A stretch of 52,772 nt of DNA, counting the filler, from Streblomastix strix (taxonomy: Eukaryota), in the NCBI GenBank assembly GCA_008636045.1. It is 2 parts of 2 records of this genome, joined end to end, with 100 filler letters (N's around TTAATTAATTAA, not from the genome) between each part and the next. Parts side by side here need not be neighbours in the genome. Positions count along the whole stretch, not along the records: positions 1 to 26,342 come from SNRW01000167.1; positions 26,443 to 52,772 come from SNRW01000168.1. One strand, written 5' to 3'. Of the stretch, positions 26,201 to 38,900 are shown piece after piece (position 1 is the first letter of the stretch; each line of letters begins with the position of its first letter). The translations under genes were made by a program, and so were the position numbers. The notes under the pieces were generated by a model, which saw only the letters and a list, made by a program, of their open reading frames with translations, ran no database searches and had not been told where the DNA came from.

Positions 26201-26342
26201 ATTATCCATACGGAAGTTGAACTTGGATTAGGGACAAGATTCAACACATCTTACCATTCCATCATATTAAGCATGAATTTTCCCATCGGTGCAAGCTGAA
26301 ACACATGAATACCTTTATTATATAAAATTTACGTTGCTAAAT
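14226..26342 (-). CDS. Giant type I membrane protein (at least ~4000 aa, 5' end lost at the gap): Cys-rich repeats, parallel beta-helix (Pmp/pectin-lyase-like GGA(I/L)Y-FxxC) modules, TM helix, cytoplasmic tail
   Basis: The matching minus-strand ORF fragments between 19991 and 25417 share one frame. A 98 nt intron (18735-18638) links it to the downstream frame, which ends at TGA 14226. TM helix WLYLTIAGVIILVLIIVLIIVIVLC at ~15176-15250. Collinear with the paralog at 35961-49392. Confidence 0.88.
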
Positions 26343-26442
26343 NNNNNNNNNNNNNNNNNNNNNNNNNNNNNNNNNNNNNNNNNNNNTTAATTAATTAANN
26401 NNNNNNNNNNNNNNNNNNNNNNNNNNNNNNNNNNNNNNNNNN
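26343..26442. other. Artificial 100 nt contig linker (N44-TTAATTAATTAA-N44)
   Basis: Symmetric N runs around a 12-mer that gives TAA in all six frames. A CDS runs into it from the left and does not continue on the right. Confidence 0.95.
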
Positions 26443-26933
26443 TTCAAATCCAAACTATGAGTGAAAATAATTGAAAATATCTACTCAATTGAAAAAGTTA
26501 CATGTTACCTTGAGATTTAATTTTAAATTTTGTGATAAATATAGAGAATGACAGAACGATAAAGATGTAATAAGTAGGAAGTTTGGTACTAATTTGTTCA
26601 GTTAATACAAAAAATTCAATCTTAAGCACAAAAATACTTCCAGTTAATTCATGCCTATTCTAGCTTAAATACTACAATATTTTATCAAAATATGCCTTAT
26701 TCCTGGAGCTAAGCTTTGATTTAATTTATTAATTCAAATCCTTGTTTTTTGACCGTATTACGCATATAAAGAAACTTTTTTTATTTATTATATATATATA
26801 ATACAAAATTTATATTTTATTAACACATAGAATGTTATTTACACTAAATTAGCTAAAATATAGCCAATAATAATGAAAATATCATTTTTTAACTTTTTTT
26901 CACTTATTTTCAGAACGCCGGCATCTTGAATAG

Positions 26934-28582
26934 ATGACTGTTCAAAAGAGTGAGATTCTTGGTGTTGAAGACTTCCTTAAAACACACACAGCATACGACC
27001 TGCTCCCCGAGAGCGGAAAAGTAATTGTCCTCGATGTTGGCCTTGCCATTGCAAGCGCATTTCAAGCCTTTGCAGAAAATAGTGTGAGATCTGCGCCTCT
27101 ATGGGATAATAGGCGGCAGGAATATGTTGGGATGATTACATCCAGCGACTTGCTTGAGATCGTTTTAGAACTTCATACACATTTATCGTAGGAAGAATTT
27201 GAGGAGAGCTTAGAGATTATCACAATACGAGAATGGAACCGTTGGAAACGATAAAAACAGACTCAGAGCAAGACTTAGTTAGATAAAAGCGATGCTGCTG
27301 CAGAAAAACCAGGTAAATTGCTATTAGTTTTAATTTATTTATTTATCATATATATTATATCCATTTCTGCAGCACGCATTCCACTCATATTTGTGCATCC
27401 TGAAGCTTCACTGTATGATGCATCACGAGTGCTTCTAAACAACCACTTACACAGAGGTCCAGTTATTGACATGGACACACAAGCAGTGTTACACATCATT
27501 ACTCATGCTAGAATACTAAGATTGATAGTATCTAATGTATGATGGAAGGATTATATATAATGAATTATACGCTTTTATTTAATTTCTCATTATTATTATT
27601 ATTATTATATTTATATTATTTTGTATAGTGGCGTCATGATACACATGTATTAGACAGGACAATTGCAGAACTTGGAATTGGGACATATGGAAAAGTGGAA
27701 TTCAATCCACAATAAGAGAAGAAGAAAGAAGAAAGTAAAGATAAGGATGGAACATAAACAATCTAACTCAGTTATATACTTGAGGGTACAAGTGTTATAG
27801 CTGCGATGCGTGTAATGCAAGACAAGAAGTATGCTTCATTTATATTCATACTTTATTTAGTATAATATATTATTATTATTATATTATATTTAACATATAT
27901 TCACATATTCAGAATATCAGCACTTCCTGTACTTGGTGCAAATGGGGGAGTAGTGGGTATATATGCATCAAGCGATCTCAGTTATCTTCCTCTGGCTCAT
28001 CTTCATGGCGCTCTACAACTTCCAGTATCATACGCTCTCAAACACAGATCTGGATTAAATGTTTGATTTGCTTATTATATAATAATTATTGATAGAATTT
28101 ATTATTTTGAAGAAAAATTGAAATTTGTTTATTTTTATTTTTATTTAAATATTCTCTTTTTAGGTTCCTCGTCTTGTTAATGGAAAGCCATTGGTTTTCA
28201 AATGCAAGAAGGTCTGCATTAATAATATAATTAATTATTTAGAATCTAATCTCGTTTTATTTATTTATTTATTCATAGACTGATAAACTTCGTGTTGTTC
28301 TTCGCAATCTTGCAGAGAATAATATTCATAGACTTGTTATTGTTGGTGATGACAACAAGTTGGAAGGTATATTGAAGATATCACCATTATTTATTTTATT
28401 ATATATTTATTTATATACAAATAAATCTAACGTTATTTAATTAAGGTGTAATATCAGTGAATGATATTCTTCGTTTCTTCACTTCGCTCTCACCTGATGG
28501 AACATCAACCAATCCAACTCCATCAGATTCTGCTTCTCCATCTCCTTCATCTGCACCAACTGCACCAACTGCTGCTAAATGA
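26934..28582 (+). CDS. SNF4: AMP-activated protein kinase gamma subunit / SNF4 (CBS domains), 7 exons
   Basis: FLKTHTAYDLLPESGKVIVLD...AFAENSVRSAPLWDNRRQEYVGMITSSD, SLYDASRVLLNNHLHRGPVID, IAELGIGTYG, ISALPVL...VVGIYASSD, IHRLVIVGDDNKLEGVISVNDILRF. Introns about 27313-27372, 27537-27628, 27829-27912, 28061-28163, 28212-28278, 28367-28445. Confidence 0.92.
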
Positions 28583-29325
28583 GAAAATAGACTTAATTAA
28601 TATTTGGAATAATGAATATAATAAATAGGAAATATTAAGGTATAATTTATAAGGAATTATTACTAGTTTGATTTTCTACTTAATTAACAACACAATACAG
28701 ATGATGGTTATTATTAAATACATTATTAACACTTATGAAGAAGATTTATTAATTTTTTGTTTTGAAAGATGGCAATAAAATTTTATACATATAGTACAAC
28801 ATATTCATAATTTAAATATACCATTAATTTTTGCAGTTATTTTTTTGTTATTTTTCTATATTCATAATAGCATCTTCTTCATACAACTTGCATATCTCAT
28901 TCACTATGTTTTTTATTATTATTTTATTTGTTTATTTTTTCTCTCTCAATTTAGTTTATGCTTCATGTTTATATTTATATTGTTTTATTTACTATATTTT
29001 ATATTAAACTAATCATTCAAACGATTCTTATTGTTTGTTTAGTTACTCCCTCATTTGCCAAATTTTATTTTAACATCAATTCATATTTGTCATAATTTAA
29101 TTCTCTCTTTTTCTTCTCCAATCTGGCGGATATAAAAATGAGCTTAAATAAAAAAAGAGTATTAAATTTTCTTATTCAATTGCCTTCTTATTAATTTATT
29201 TATTTCAAAAAAAATTCAATAAGAGTTATACGATTTATTAAACCAAAATAGGGTAACCTAGTTATATAAATAACAAATAAGATAGATACGAAGCAAGATC
29301 ATGTGTAGCGGCATGTCTTCATCCA

Positions 29326-32300
29326 TCAGCCCCAACCAACTCTTCCAGATTCTTCAATTTCGTCCTTGAAGAATTCATCATCATTCTCTTCACTCTCAAA
29401 GACTTGTATATCCTTCTTCTTAACATTAGCATTTGAATTCACAACAGTTCCTCTTCCTTTTCCAAGACTTGCTCTTCTTTCAGCTGAAATGGCAGCGAGG
29501 TTGTTGTTCTTATAAGCAGAGAAGGGCTTTGGTGGGTCATTTGGAGAATATGGGGTCAGATGTGGATTGGCTCCAATTGGTCTCTAAGGTTATGTTGAGT
29601 GAGATGCATTTGATGAGACTGTCTTACTCTTCGGTGCTTGGCTCGGTTATGGAGATGCTTGACTTCCTCTATTACCTTATGAAGTGGAGTGCGATGCATT
29701 GGATGAACTTATAACTTTACTTCCTTTGAATCCAGATGGTTGTGTTGTAGAAGATTGTTACTGAGATGTTTATTTTGTGGTTTGAGATGTACGAAGAGGT
29801 TATTTTGGTTGTGTTTGTTGTTGTTGTGTTTGATTCTACAATCGTGAATTAGCCATCTTAGTAATAGTTCTAAGAGGTGCACTCACATAAACTGGATCTG
29901 CATTATCTGCTAAATCAGGTTGATGGCCTAATATTATATTTGTGTTCTACATATCATCTTATTAATCATCAAATTCAGTTGTATGAAGAAGAATATCTTT
30001 ATTTCTCTACTGGAGAAGGGTAGAATTCGGTTTGATTGGAATTGATGTTGCTTTTAACTTCGCACGCATTATCTTACTTTTTTCATCCTGGACACCAACT
30101 TCTTCAGGTTTATCCTTCTTTGTGTTAATCGCACTTGTAAACTTACCTTTATCTATTCCTGCTCCTCCTCTTCCAATCCCTCTTCCAATTCTTGTATTTG
30201 TATTTGTATTTGTATTTGTATTCTTTGTTACATTTGACTTAACTGATGCATATTCAGTTACTCTGTGTGGAGTCTTCTCTTCACGCCAACTGTCAAACTC
30301 ATTGTCCAATTCATCTTAAATTCCTCCTTTTCCTGCATTTCCCAATTATAGTGGATGGAAGATATACTGAGATGCATCTTTCCCTTCTTTATTCAATTCT
30401 TCATCATCTATAAATTCTCTGTTATATTCATCCTCATATTTATTCCCAGTCTAATGAGGTGATATCCAATCGTCATCTTACCATTTACTACCACTGGACT
30501 TTGATTCTGAACTTGATTATGTGTTTGGATCAATACTTTAACTCAATTATTATTTCTTAGCTGTTGTTCCAATGGGTTTGTTGTCATCAACCTTTGAATT
30601 GAATTTCTATTCATATGTGTCATTACGCCATTGTGTACCAACAATTGTACTATTATAATCTATTTCATTATCAATATCTTCATCATTGTCTATATTTGTA
30701 TTCTTATTATTCTAATGAGTGTCATATATACTTCCTTAGAACCTTAATCTCTCTTTTGGTGTTTCAAGGTTATTCTATCTGCCTTATTAGTTCTTTGATC
30801 CCATAATTTAATTAGTCATTTAATTAATTCTTCTTGAATCTGCCAAATAATTCTCTATTTATTTCACAGATTCATTATCTTTCTCTGCATTGGATAACTA
30901 ACTATTAATATTATTATAATCAACTGCAAATCTCACTCCAACTCCAGATGGCTTCATCTTCTTATCTAATTCTCCTTCTTTCTATTTATCTGAGTTTAAC
31001 CCTTCATAGCTGGATCTTACTGGATAATCTATCTAATCCTTTCCTATTCCGTCTTAATTTGATTTTCCAGCTTTTCCAAACATGGTTTTATTATCCTGTG
31101 TGTTGTACTTATTCCCTCCTGCAATTTAATTACTGCTAACAGATGAAGTAGAAATTGTTTAATTCACTTTTGGCTACTTCAATTGATTTGTAATGACACT
31201 TCCAGTTGGATGTGAGATCTTTGGTGAAATGGGTTATTAGGAATAAGATTATTGAGCTTATTATTACTGTGTCTAAGAAGGTATATTAATTGATGTTGAT
31301 ACAATAGTCCCTTTATCAGCAGCTGTATTTCTTTTAGGATTGAATTTGCTTATTTGAGGAGGTTCATCTTCAAACCCATATCCAGCATCATTAATATCCA
31401 CACTCTGATTTGATGGACTACTTTATGTCTGTTATATACTCAGTTATGAATGAGGAAGTTATGAGCTTTATTTCCCTCTAGAATATGGTTATGAAGGTGA
31501 CTATGACTTATCCAATGATGATTAATTCCCTTATGTTGTCTTCAGACTATCAAATTTCGCAGTTCCTTATTTCCCACTTGTTCCACCTCTACTCTTTGAA
31601 TTCTGATCTAATGTATTATTATTAAGATCCCTATTCCCAACATTCTGGGTTGATCCTCTTGTCATCTCCAAGACTGGTTATTTGATGTCCACTTTCATTC
31701 TCTGGGGTCGAATGCTCAATCCTGGAGTTCCAGATATTGAAAGTCCTGGGGAGAAAGAATTAGAAGGAATTGATAAGGGATTTGGAAACTAGGATGAATT
31801 TAATTATCCATCTTGAGATTAATCTGTTATGGATTATTATAACTGTTATTGTGATTGTTGTTGATCAGATGGGTATTAAGATGTATTAAGAAGATCTGGT
31901 GAATTAGATTGCACAGGTAAATTAGATCTGACACCTCTTTGAGTACCAGGAGTTTAATATGACATGTGAGTTACATTGGATTTTGGAGCAACAATATCAT
32001 ATCTTGGGAATTGGAATTATTGTGGAAGTTTCTTCTTCTATACAGAAGTCTTAGCTTTCTATTTCTGAGCTAATGAAGATTTTGATGCTGATTATGATTA
32101 CTGGAATGTTGATGATGAAGGAGAAGAGAGATCATTACTCCCCCGTCTAACACGTTTAGGATCTTCAATGGGCTGTAATGTATTATCAGTAACAATCCAT
32201 TTAGTTGGTTTCCTCGGCTTAGAAGGAATTACTCCATAAACAGTCTTCTTCCTTTTCAGAAAAGCAAATCTTGGATTGACCAATTATTCTCCGTCTTCCT

Positions 32301-34306
32301 GTTAACCATCAAAAATTTCCTCCTCTTCTTCTTTTTCAGTTTCTTTATTATCAAGTTTATATGCAGTAAAAGTATTGAATTCATTCTCTTCAACTTTTGA
32401 TGTTTAAAAAAGATTTGATTTGCTGTCAGTTTTCCCAAGGGAGTTATTCTATTGTCTAATTGTTCTAGATGAATCCCATCTTGGTTCTCCTTTCTTCTTC
32501 TATTATTCATCTTATGTCTATCCATCAGACTTAACACCAACTTTGGACAAATCTTCAACTTTTCCATATATTCTTTTTTGTCCATCTTTATCCTTTTTAT
32601 CAGAATCTAATCTTTCATCTTCAGAACCTTCAAGTCTTTATGAATTTGGATTTGATTGAACAGAATCGAGTGATAATGGAGTTTTAGGTTGACTACTTAT
32701 ACCTTCACTTTAAGCATTATCTTCTTCTTCATCTTCTTCTTATTCCTCCTCTTCTTCATCTTCTTCATCATCATCATCATCTTCTTCTTCTTATTCTTCA
32801 TCATCATCTTCATAATCTTCATCATCTTCTTCTTCTTCATCAGATTCTTCTTCTTCAGAATCTTCTTCTTCAGATTCTTCATCTTCAGATTCTTCTTCAT
32901 CATCTTTTTATTCAGCTTTGATACTTTTACGTGAGTTCATTTAAGCCATTTGTTTTTTGCTTTTAATTTTATTCATCACTTTACCTTTATTTTCAATATT
33001 TGTTGTTTAAGCAACTTATTAATCTTTTGCTGTATTTGTTTCTTTTGTAACATTTGGGTCTTTCACAACTTTTGGTTAATTTTCAACATTTTCTGGTTTA
33101 ATTTCATTTGCTTTCTTTTCAATATTTGCAACTTTCCCAATATTTATATCTTTCTTATCATTGGCTTCATTTGCATTATTCGTATTCTTTTCAATATTTG
33201 CTTTCTTATCAACAATAATATCTTTTTTATCATTTAATTTCTTATCAACAATAATATCTTTTTTATCATTTAATTTCTTATCAACATTTGTATCTTTTAT
33301 AACATTCATTTCTTTCACATTAATAACTTTCTTTTCATTATCTTATTTCTTGTCAATATTTGCATCTTTTGCTGTATTCTGTTTCTTATCAATGATCTTC
33401 TTGTTGTCAACAACTATATCTTTTTTGTCAATTGCTTGTTTTTAATCATTTATTTTCTTATCAGTATTTGTTTCTTTCTTATTTTCAACTTTATTAAAAG
33501 ATGCTATTTCTTTCTTATCATCTTTATTTCTCTCAGGAATTGTATTTTCAATCGTTTCAATCGTTTTAAATGTTTAATCATTCATCATTGTCATGTCATT
33601 CGTATCTTATGTTTATTTCAGAGTTCCTTGATCAAAATTTGTATCATCTAATTATTAATTATTTAATTTCTTCTTTGATGTTCCTTACTTCTTCAAAGTG
33701 CTAATCTTCTTCTGTGATTGTTATTAATTCTATTATTCAGAATTAGAATTCTCAGCTTGTGGCTAATTTTATTATTATTCAGAATCAGCGGTTTATTATT
33801 AATCTTGTTCCTGATCTTCTTTTGCTTATTTCTTGGTCTTACTTTTCTTACCTGGAAGTTCATATCCATATTATTATGCCTTCTCAATAATATCCTCCAA
33901 CTGAAATACTTTGCTCAGATTCGGACGATCAGAAGATTCTTTCGTTAACAACAAGAAAGGAAGTTTGCGAAGTGTCTCAGAGTATGTAATTGAAGTGAAT
34001 ACTTTCTTTTCCTGCTTCTGCCCATCTTCAGTCTTATTCTTGTCTTTGCTTCTGTCCCTGTGGCTTGTCCCATTGTCCTCTTCTTCTCCAATTATGATCT
34101 GTGGGTGTTCAGGAATCTGTTGTGGTGTCTCAGAAATGATTCTGTGGAGAAGTGCAGCTTAGTTATTGGCATCAAATGGTCTGGTCAGAGTAAGAAGCTC
34201 ATATAATATGCATCCTAAGGCCCATACATCGATCTTGCTCGTGTATGGTGTGCCTCTTATGAGCTCAGGTGCTATATAGTATGGAGTACCTACCTATTTA
34301 TATTAT

Positions 34307-34347
<41 letters not shown>

Positions 34348-35140
34348 GATATTAATACTAACAAATACCATTGTCTTTGCAAATGATTGCGTCTCAAGTA
34401 GTTTAGCAACTCCCAAATCACCAATCTTCACTTAATATCCTTTTCCCAGAAATACATTTGCAGTTTTAACATCTCTGTGAATCATCTTCTTAGAATGAAT
34501 ATCTAAGAATTAAAAAATTAAATAAGAGTTTAATAAATTACATGTAAAAAGAAGTAAACGATGAAGTCCAAGAGCTAATTCAAAGAAGAATCTCCAAATC
34601 TCATCTTCTGTAAATGGATTTTCTTATTCTTTCTTTTTCTTAACAATAAAATAATGAAAAATTAAAGAATGGAAATTATATTAAAAAATAAATCTTAAAT
34701 ACATTCAATAAATCTGACAGAGTGCCCTCTTCAGCAAATTCCATAACAATATATAAATTAGCTCCATCAAGGAATGAATCGTAGTATCTCACAATGTAAT
34801 CAGAATCAAGTTGAGCTAATATACATGCTTCAGATACCGCATCTCTCTGTTCCTTTCTGATCATTATAAAGGGAAAATATGAAATATAACACTGTGAGAA
34901 TAAATAAAATCAAGTTGCAAACGCTGTGAGCATAGCAATGTGAATAACTTTCAGGCAATATTGATTTTAATCCGCCAGACGTTCCACTAGATAAGTGCTT
35001 CCATAGCTTCCTTTGCCCAATGAACGCACTTTTTTGAAATCGCTTGGTGTTGAATGTGACGTCTCTACGATGAATAAAGAGCCTATAAACAAAATTTATG
35101 AAAATTTCAAAGAATAAATAAAATAATAAAATATGAACAT
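29326..35140 (-). CDS. NEK-family Ser/Thr kinase with a ~1500 aa low-complexity C-terminal extension (start codon uncertain)
   Basis: [90 protein letters not shown]. Introns 34922-34857, 34702-34639, 34559-34503, 34368-34294. Last exon 34293-29326 ends at TGA. Confidence 0.9.
33195..33300 (-). repeat. 36 bp coding tandem repeat ([12 protein letters not shown]) in the NEK tail
   Basis: TTCTTATCAACAATAATATCTTTTTTATCATTTAAT occurs twice, with degenerate flanking copies. Confidence 0.8.
34300..34344. repeat. (TA)n microsatellite in a NEK intron
   Basis: Run of alternating TA seen directly. Confidence 0.9.
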
Positions 35141-35740
35141 TAGAAAAAAAAATTATGTAAATTTTTGTTTGTGGTACGTAATATTACTAAGTGTATAGTT
35201 AGGTTATACAAAATTGTAATTATCTACAAAAAAAAGTTGAAATTAAAGCTGGTGCATTATTTTCCTATAAATAACAATCGATTTATTTGTTGAAATTGTA
35301 AATGTCCAGTCAAGGTTAGGCATGACGTTATAAATAAAGCTTAAGGGGAAAATGCAATTATTATTACAATTATTTATAAAGTAATTACACAAAATATAAT
35401 TTGAGAGTTGAATGACCAAAAAATCAAATATAGCGCTATTACGGAAGTGATTGCGTTAATCATTTGAATTAGTATATAATTCAATAAAAAAGAAAGACTT
35501 TGAGTTGTCTAAATGACTACTTCAAGAAATAGTACCTAGCGGCTGCGAAATGAAGCAGTGTTCACCAATATCTGATCTCTTCACCTGAAAATAATTTAAT
35601 TGAAATAAATTGTTTTTCTTATATATTTTCTTATTAATTAGTTTTCATGCATTTAAATCAAATGAACACTTCGTTGAGTATAAAAAAATATTTATCATTA
35701 ATATTTTTAGTTTCATGTTTTTCTTTTATTATCTTAGGTG

Positions 35741-35878
35741 AATATTGTTGAAACAAAAAGTTACAAATTAAGAAATAAAACTACCTCAGATAAATATTGC
35801 TGAAACAAAAAAAATTAAGAAATAAAACTACCTCAGATAAATATTGCTGAAACAAAAAAAAATTAAGAAATAAAACTA
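35741..35878. repeat. ~48 bp minisatellite, about 3 copies, just 3' of the giant gene
   Basis: Unit AATATTGCTGAAAC(A)nTTAAGAAATAAAACTACCTCAGATA. Confidence 0.85.
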
Positions 35879-35960
35879 TTAAATACATTTAAATAATACG
35901 ATGACTATATTTGAAAAAATTAATATAAGAAGTTATTATAATTCAATAATTGAAAGTGAT

Positions 35961-38900
35961 TCAAATACGATTGTTATTTGGAATAAATTATTAAAATAAA
36001 GGTGAAGGTTGGGTATTCTTTCCTTATAGTATCGGTTATAATTGATAAGGTTTTGTATTGTTATTCCTCTACAAACTATTAGAATTACTTTGTGATGATC
36101 TAAGCATATTCAGTTGGGAGTTCTATCTTGATTTGGGAGGATTAATTGTTGGTGGGGTATTTTATCTTGACTCGGAAGGATTAATTATTGAATTAGTATT
36201 TTTCCTTGAAATTGGTGAATTAATTTTTGATTGAGTATTTTTCATTGATATTGGAGGGCTAATTTTAATTTAAGAATGTGTTTATATTGGAGGACTAACT
36301 GGCTTAGTTTGAGTATTTTCCTTTTACATAGAAGGAGGACGTTCAGAATTGTAGTGCTTTGTTGATCTTTAACCATTAGGTAATGTATTTTAATTAGTTA
36401 AATTAGAAGAAGAGTTCGTAAATTAGTCAAAATCAATTGGAAAACTTGCTTCATATCCTTGAGAACTAAATGGTCTTTCAAGTGAACTTGATGAACTCTT
36501 AAAGCTTACCCATGATTATGATTTTGTATATCCAGTAGAAGTTCTACTGATAAGCTATTCCTATCTTTTTTATAGATTTAATATCTCTTTTGGTGGAGAT
36601 GTTACTCCTTGTTGAGCGAGTCCTATTGTAGCTGGTGGTCCACAAACACCCCAATTTATACCTTGTAGTTGTGGATCATTAGAATGCATTGATGAGAAAT
36701 CAATTGTCACTGGCTTTGAGTTTATAAAGTATTCTGTAATCTATTGGTTCAAAGTACCTTCTTCTATAACTGGTATTTCAATCAGTATTTTTTGTCTTTT
36801 ATCTGGTTAATCAAGGCCAGGAGATATTTTCCTAGCGTTCTGACTTTCATAATCATCTAACTTAGCCTACAGATTCAGAGCATATGCTTATAAAGCTGGA
36901 GAGTTCCTCCCAGATCTCAATTCAAGACCAGGTGTATAGAGAGAAGTTTGTTATCTACCTATATATCCATCTTCTTATGGAAAATTTTCATCTTTTACAA
37001 AACCAATCATATCAGAGTATATATCATCATTAGTTCCATATAGACGAGTAACTGATTGGTCTTCCTCATACGGCATTAAGATATTCAAGTGAGATTTTTT
37101 ATCTTTTAACTTTTTTATCAATTTATTCTACTTCTTCAATTCTTGCTTTCTTTTCTCCAATTCTTCGATCTCAAGTACTTATTCTTCCAATTCATCTTAT
37201 TAATTAGCAATCATCTGAATGCTTCCTCTATTTAGAAGAGCTTTCTTGATTTCAGCCCATTTCAGATACATAATTATGAATGTAATGATTAGAATTATTA
37301 TAATAAGTATAAATGCTCCTACAATCACCAAGTATATCCATGTTTTTAATGGAAATATCTCAATTAAATTAATAAATTATTCTCCATATTTGACATCAAC
37401 CTCTAAAAGAATTTCTTTTCCTTCTACTCCATTTTCTCCAGTGAAACTATTTCCATCATTTGACGCAAGAATACCATAATAGGATGTTCTAGAATCTAAC
37501 CATGATATATCTTTCATGGAGAATGAAGCTCGTTTTGTCCCATGAACAGATGCAAGAACTAAGAATGGTACTTGTGTTGCATCTTTTGGTGGCCAGACGA
37601 TTCGACCATCTGAATCTCGTGGATAATCAACTCCATTTGATTTGTAGGAGTTCTCCTGTTATTGATTTGTGAAGTGAATTATTTTATTTCTATTTTCATC
37701 AAATTCAATTTTATTAACGATTCTATGTTACATAGTTTATATTAGATCAAATAAAGTATTGTTTTACTCATATTTATTCTTTTCATCTTTATTCTTCTAA
37801 ACCTCTTCATGTATCTCATCTTTTGTTTTTAGTCTAAGTTGATCTATCATAATTGTGAATACTAAAGGAACAAAGTTATTTCCTTCTAATTCAAATTTGA
37901 ATGGTTCTTCTTCATCTTTAAGATTAATCACCAATTTGACTTTCTCTAATACAACTGTTGGAGCTTGAGGTAATTCCCATTTGTAAGTGACTCTCATTTA
38001 GCACAATCCATCTTTAAGAATATTCAATGTACATCCAGAATTATCATTCTTTTACATTCCAAAGTATTCTTCCATTAAATTTGTTCTATAAGAGCAATTA
38101 TCTTCATTATAACCATTAATAGATGCATCTACTACTTCAAGACGTGATTTTCCAATACAAACTACTAAATTTTATCCACCATCATATAAAGCTTCGTCTC
38201 CAAGTTTTGACTCAATGAAACTGACGTTATTCATAACAACATCAGCTGTATCTATTTTCACAGCTCCAACTTATGACTATTCAAACTGATCATTTTCAAT
38301 CTCATAAGATCCTTTTGTTAAATATATCAATCCATGAGTAGTAGTTGAGTAATATGATGATTAACCTGGACAAAATGTCCATATATCATCAACAGCTTCT
38401 TCAAAATCATTCTGTAATGTAGGATCATGATATGTTGAATTTCTTCCTTTGAAATAGCACGATTGAATTTTCCCTCTTGTTTGATTAAGATAAATTATAT
38501 TGCTATAGCACATTGGAGTTATAAAAGTAGATTCTGTGATTTAAAGAGTTACTTTTGTGGCAGTCAATCCAGATCCAACTGCACTGTGACATCCAGCAAC
38601 AAAGATTCCATAAATGTCATATTGAGAACTACTGATACCTGATTTATCTCCTTCTGTCAAACTCTCTAGATATATAAGCCCATGTTTATAAACTTCATCA
38701 TATGTAGTATTTTCATCGGAATATAATTTGCTTTATTCAGCATATTGTTCGTTTGTATTTGTTTCTAGCATTAATAAATATTTTTATGGATTATATATAC
38801 TCTAAGCAACAACTCTCATTCCAGGAATAACTGAACTACACTCTGTAAATATAGTATCTGAAATCATTACTGTTTTAATAGCAGAATCATTTGAATCTTC

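Noticed and set aside
16000..26231. Plus-strand ORFs overlapping the giant gene (e.g. 17011-17361, 18142-18489, 25263-25673)
   Set aside because: Antisense to a well-supported CDS, with no independent protein features.
28860..29125. Exon-like purine-rich minus-strand segment downstream of NEK
   Set aside because: An acceptor-like CCGCCAG is present, but it could not be joined in frame past the TGA at 29326; no recognisable product.
32689..33948. Phe/Ile-rich plus-strand ORFs in the track
   Set aside because: Antisense shadows of the E/D/K-rich NEK tail.
35741..35878. CRISPR-like array
   Set aside because: Head-to-tail repeats with no unique spacers, eukaryotic context and no cas genes.
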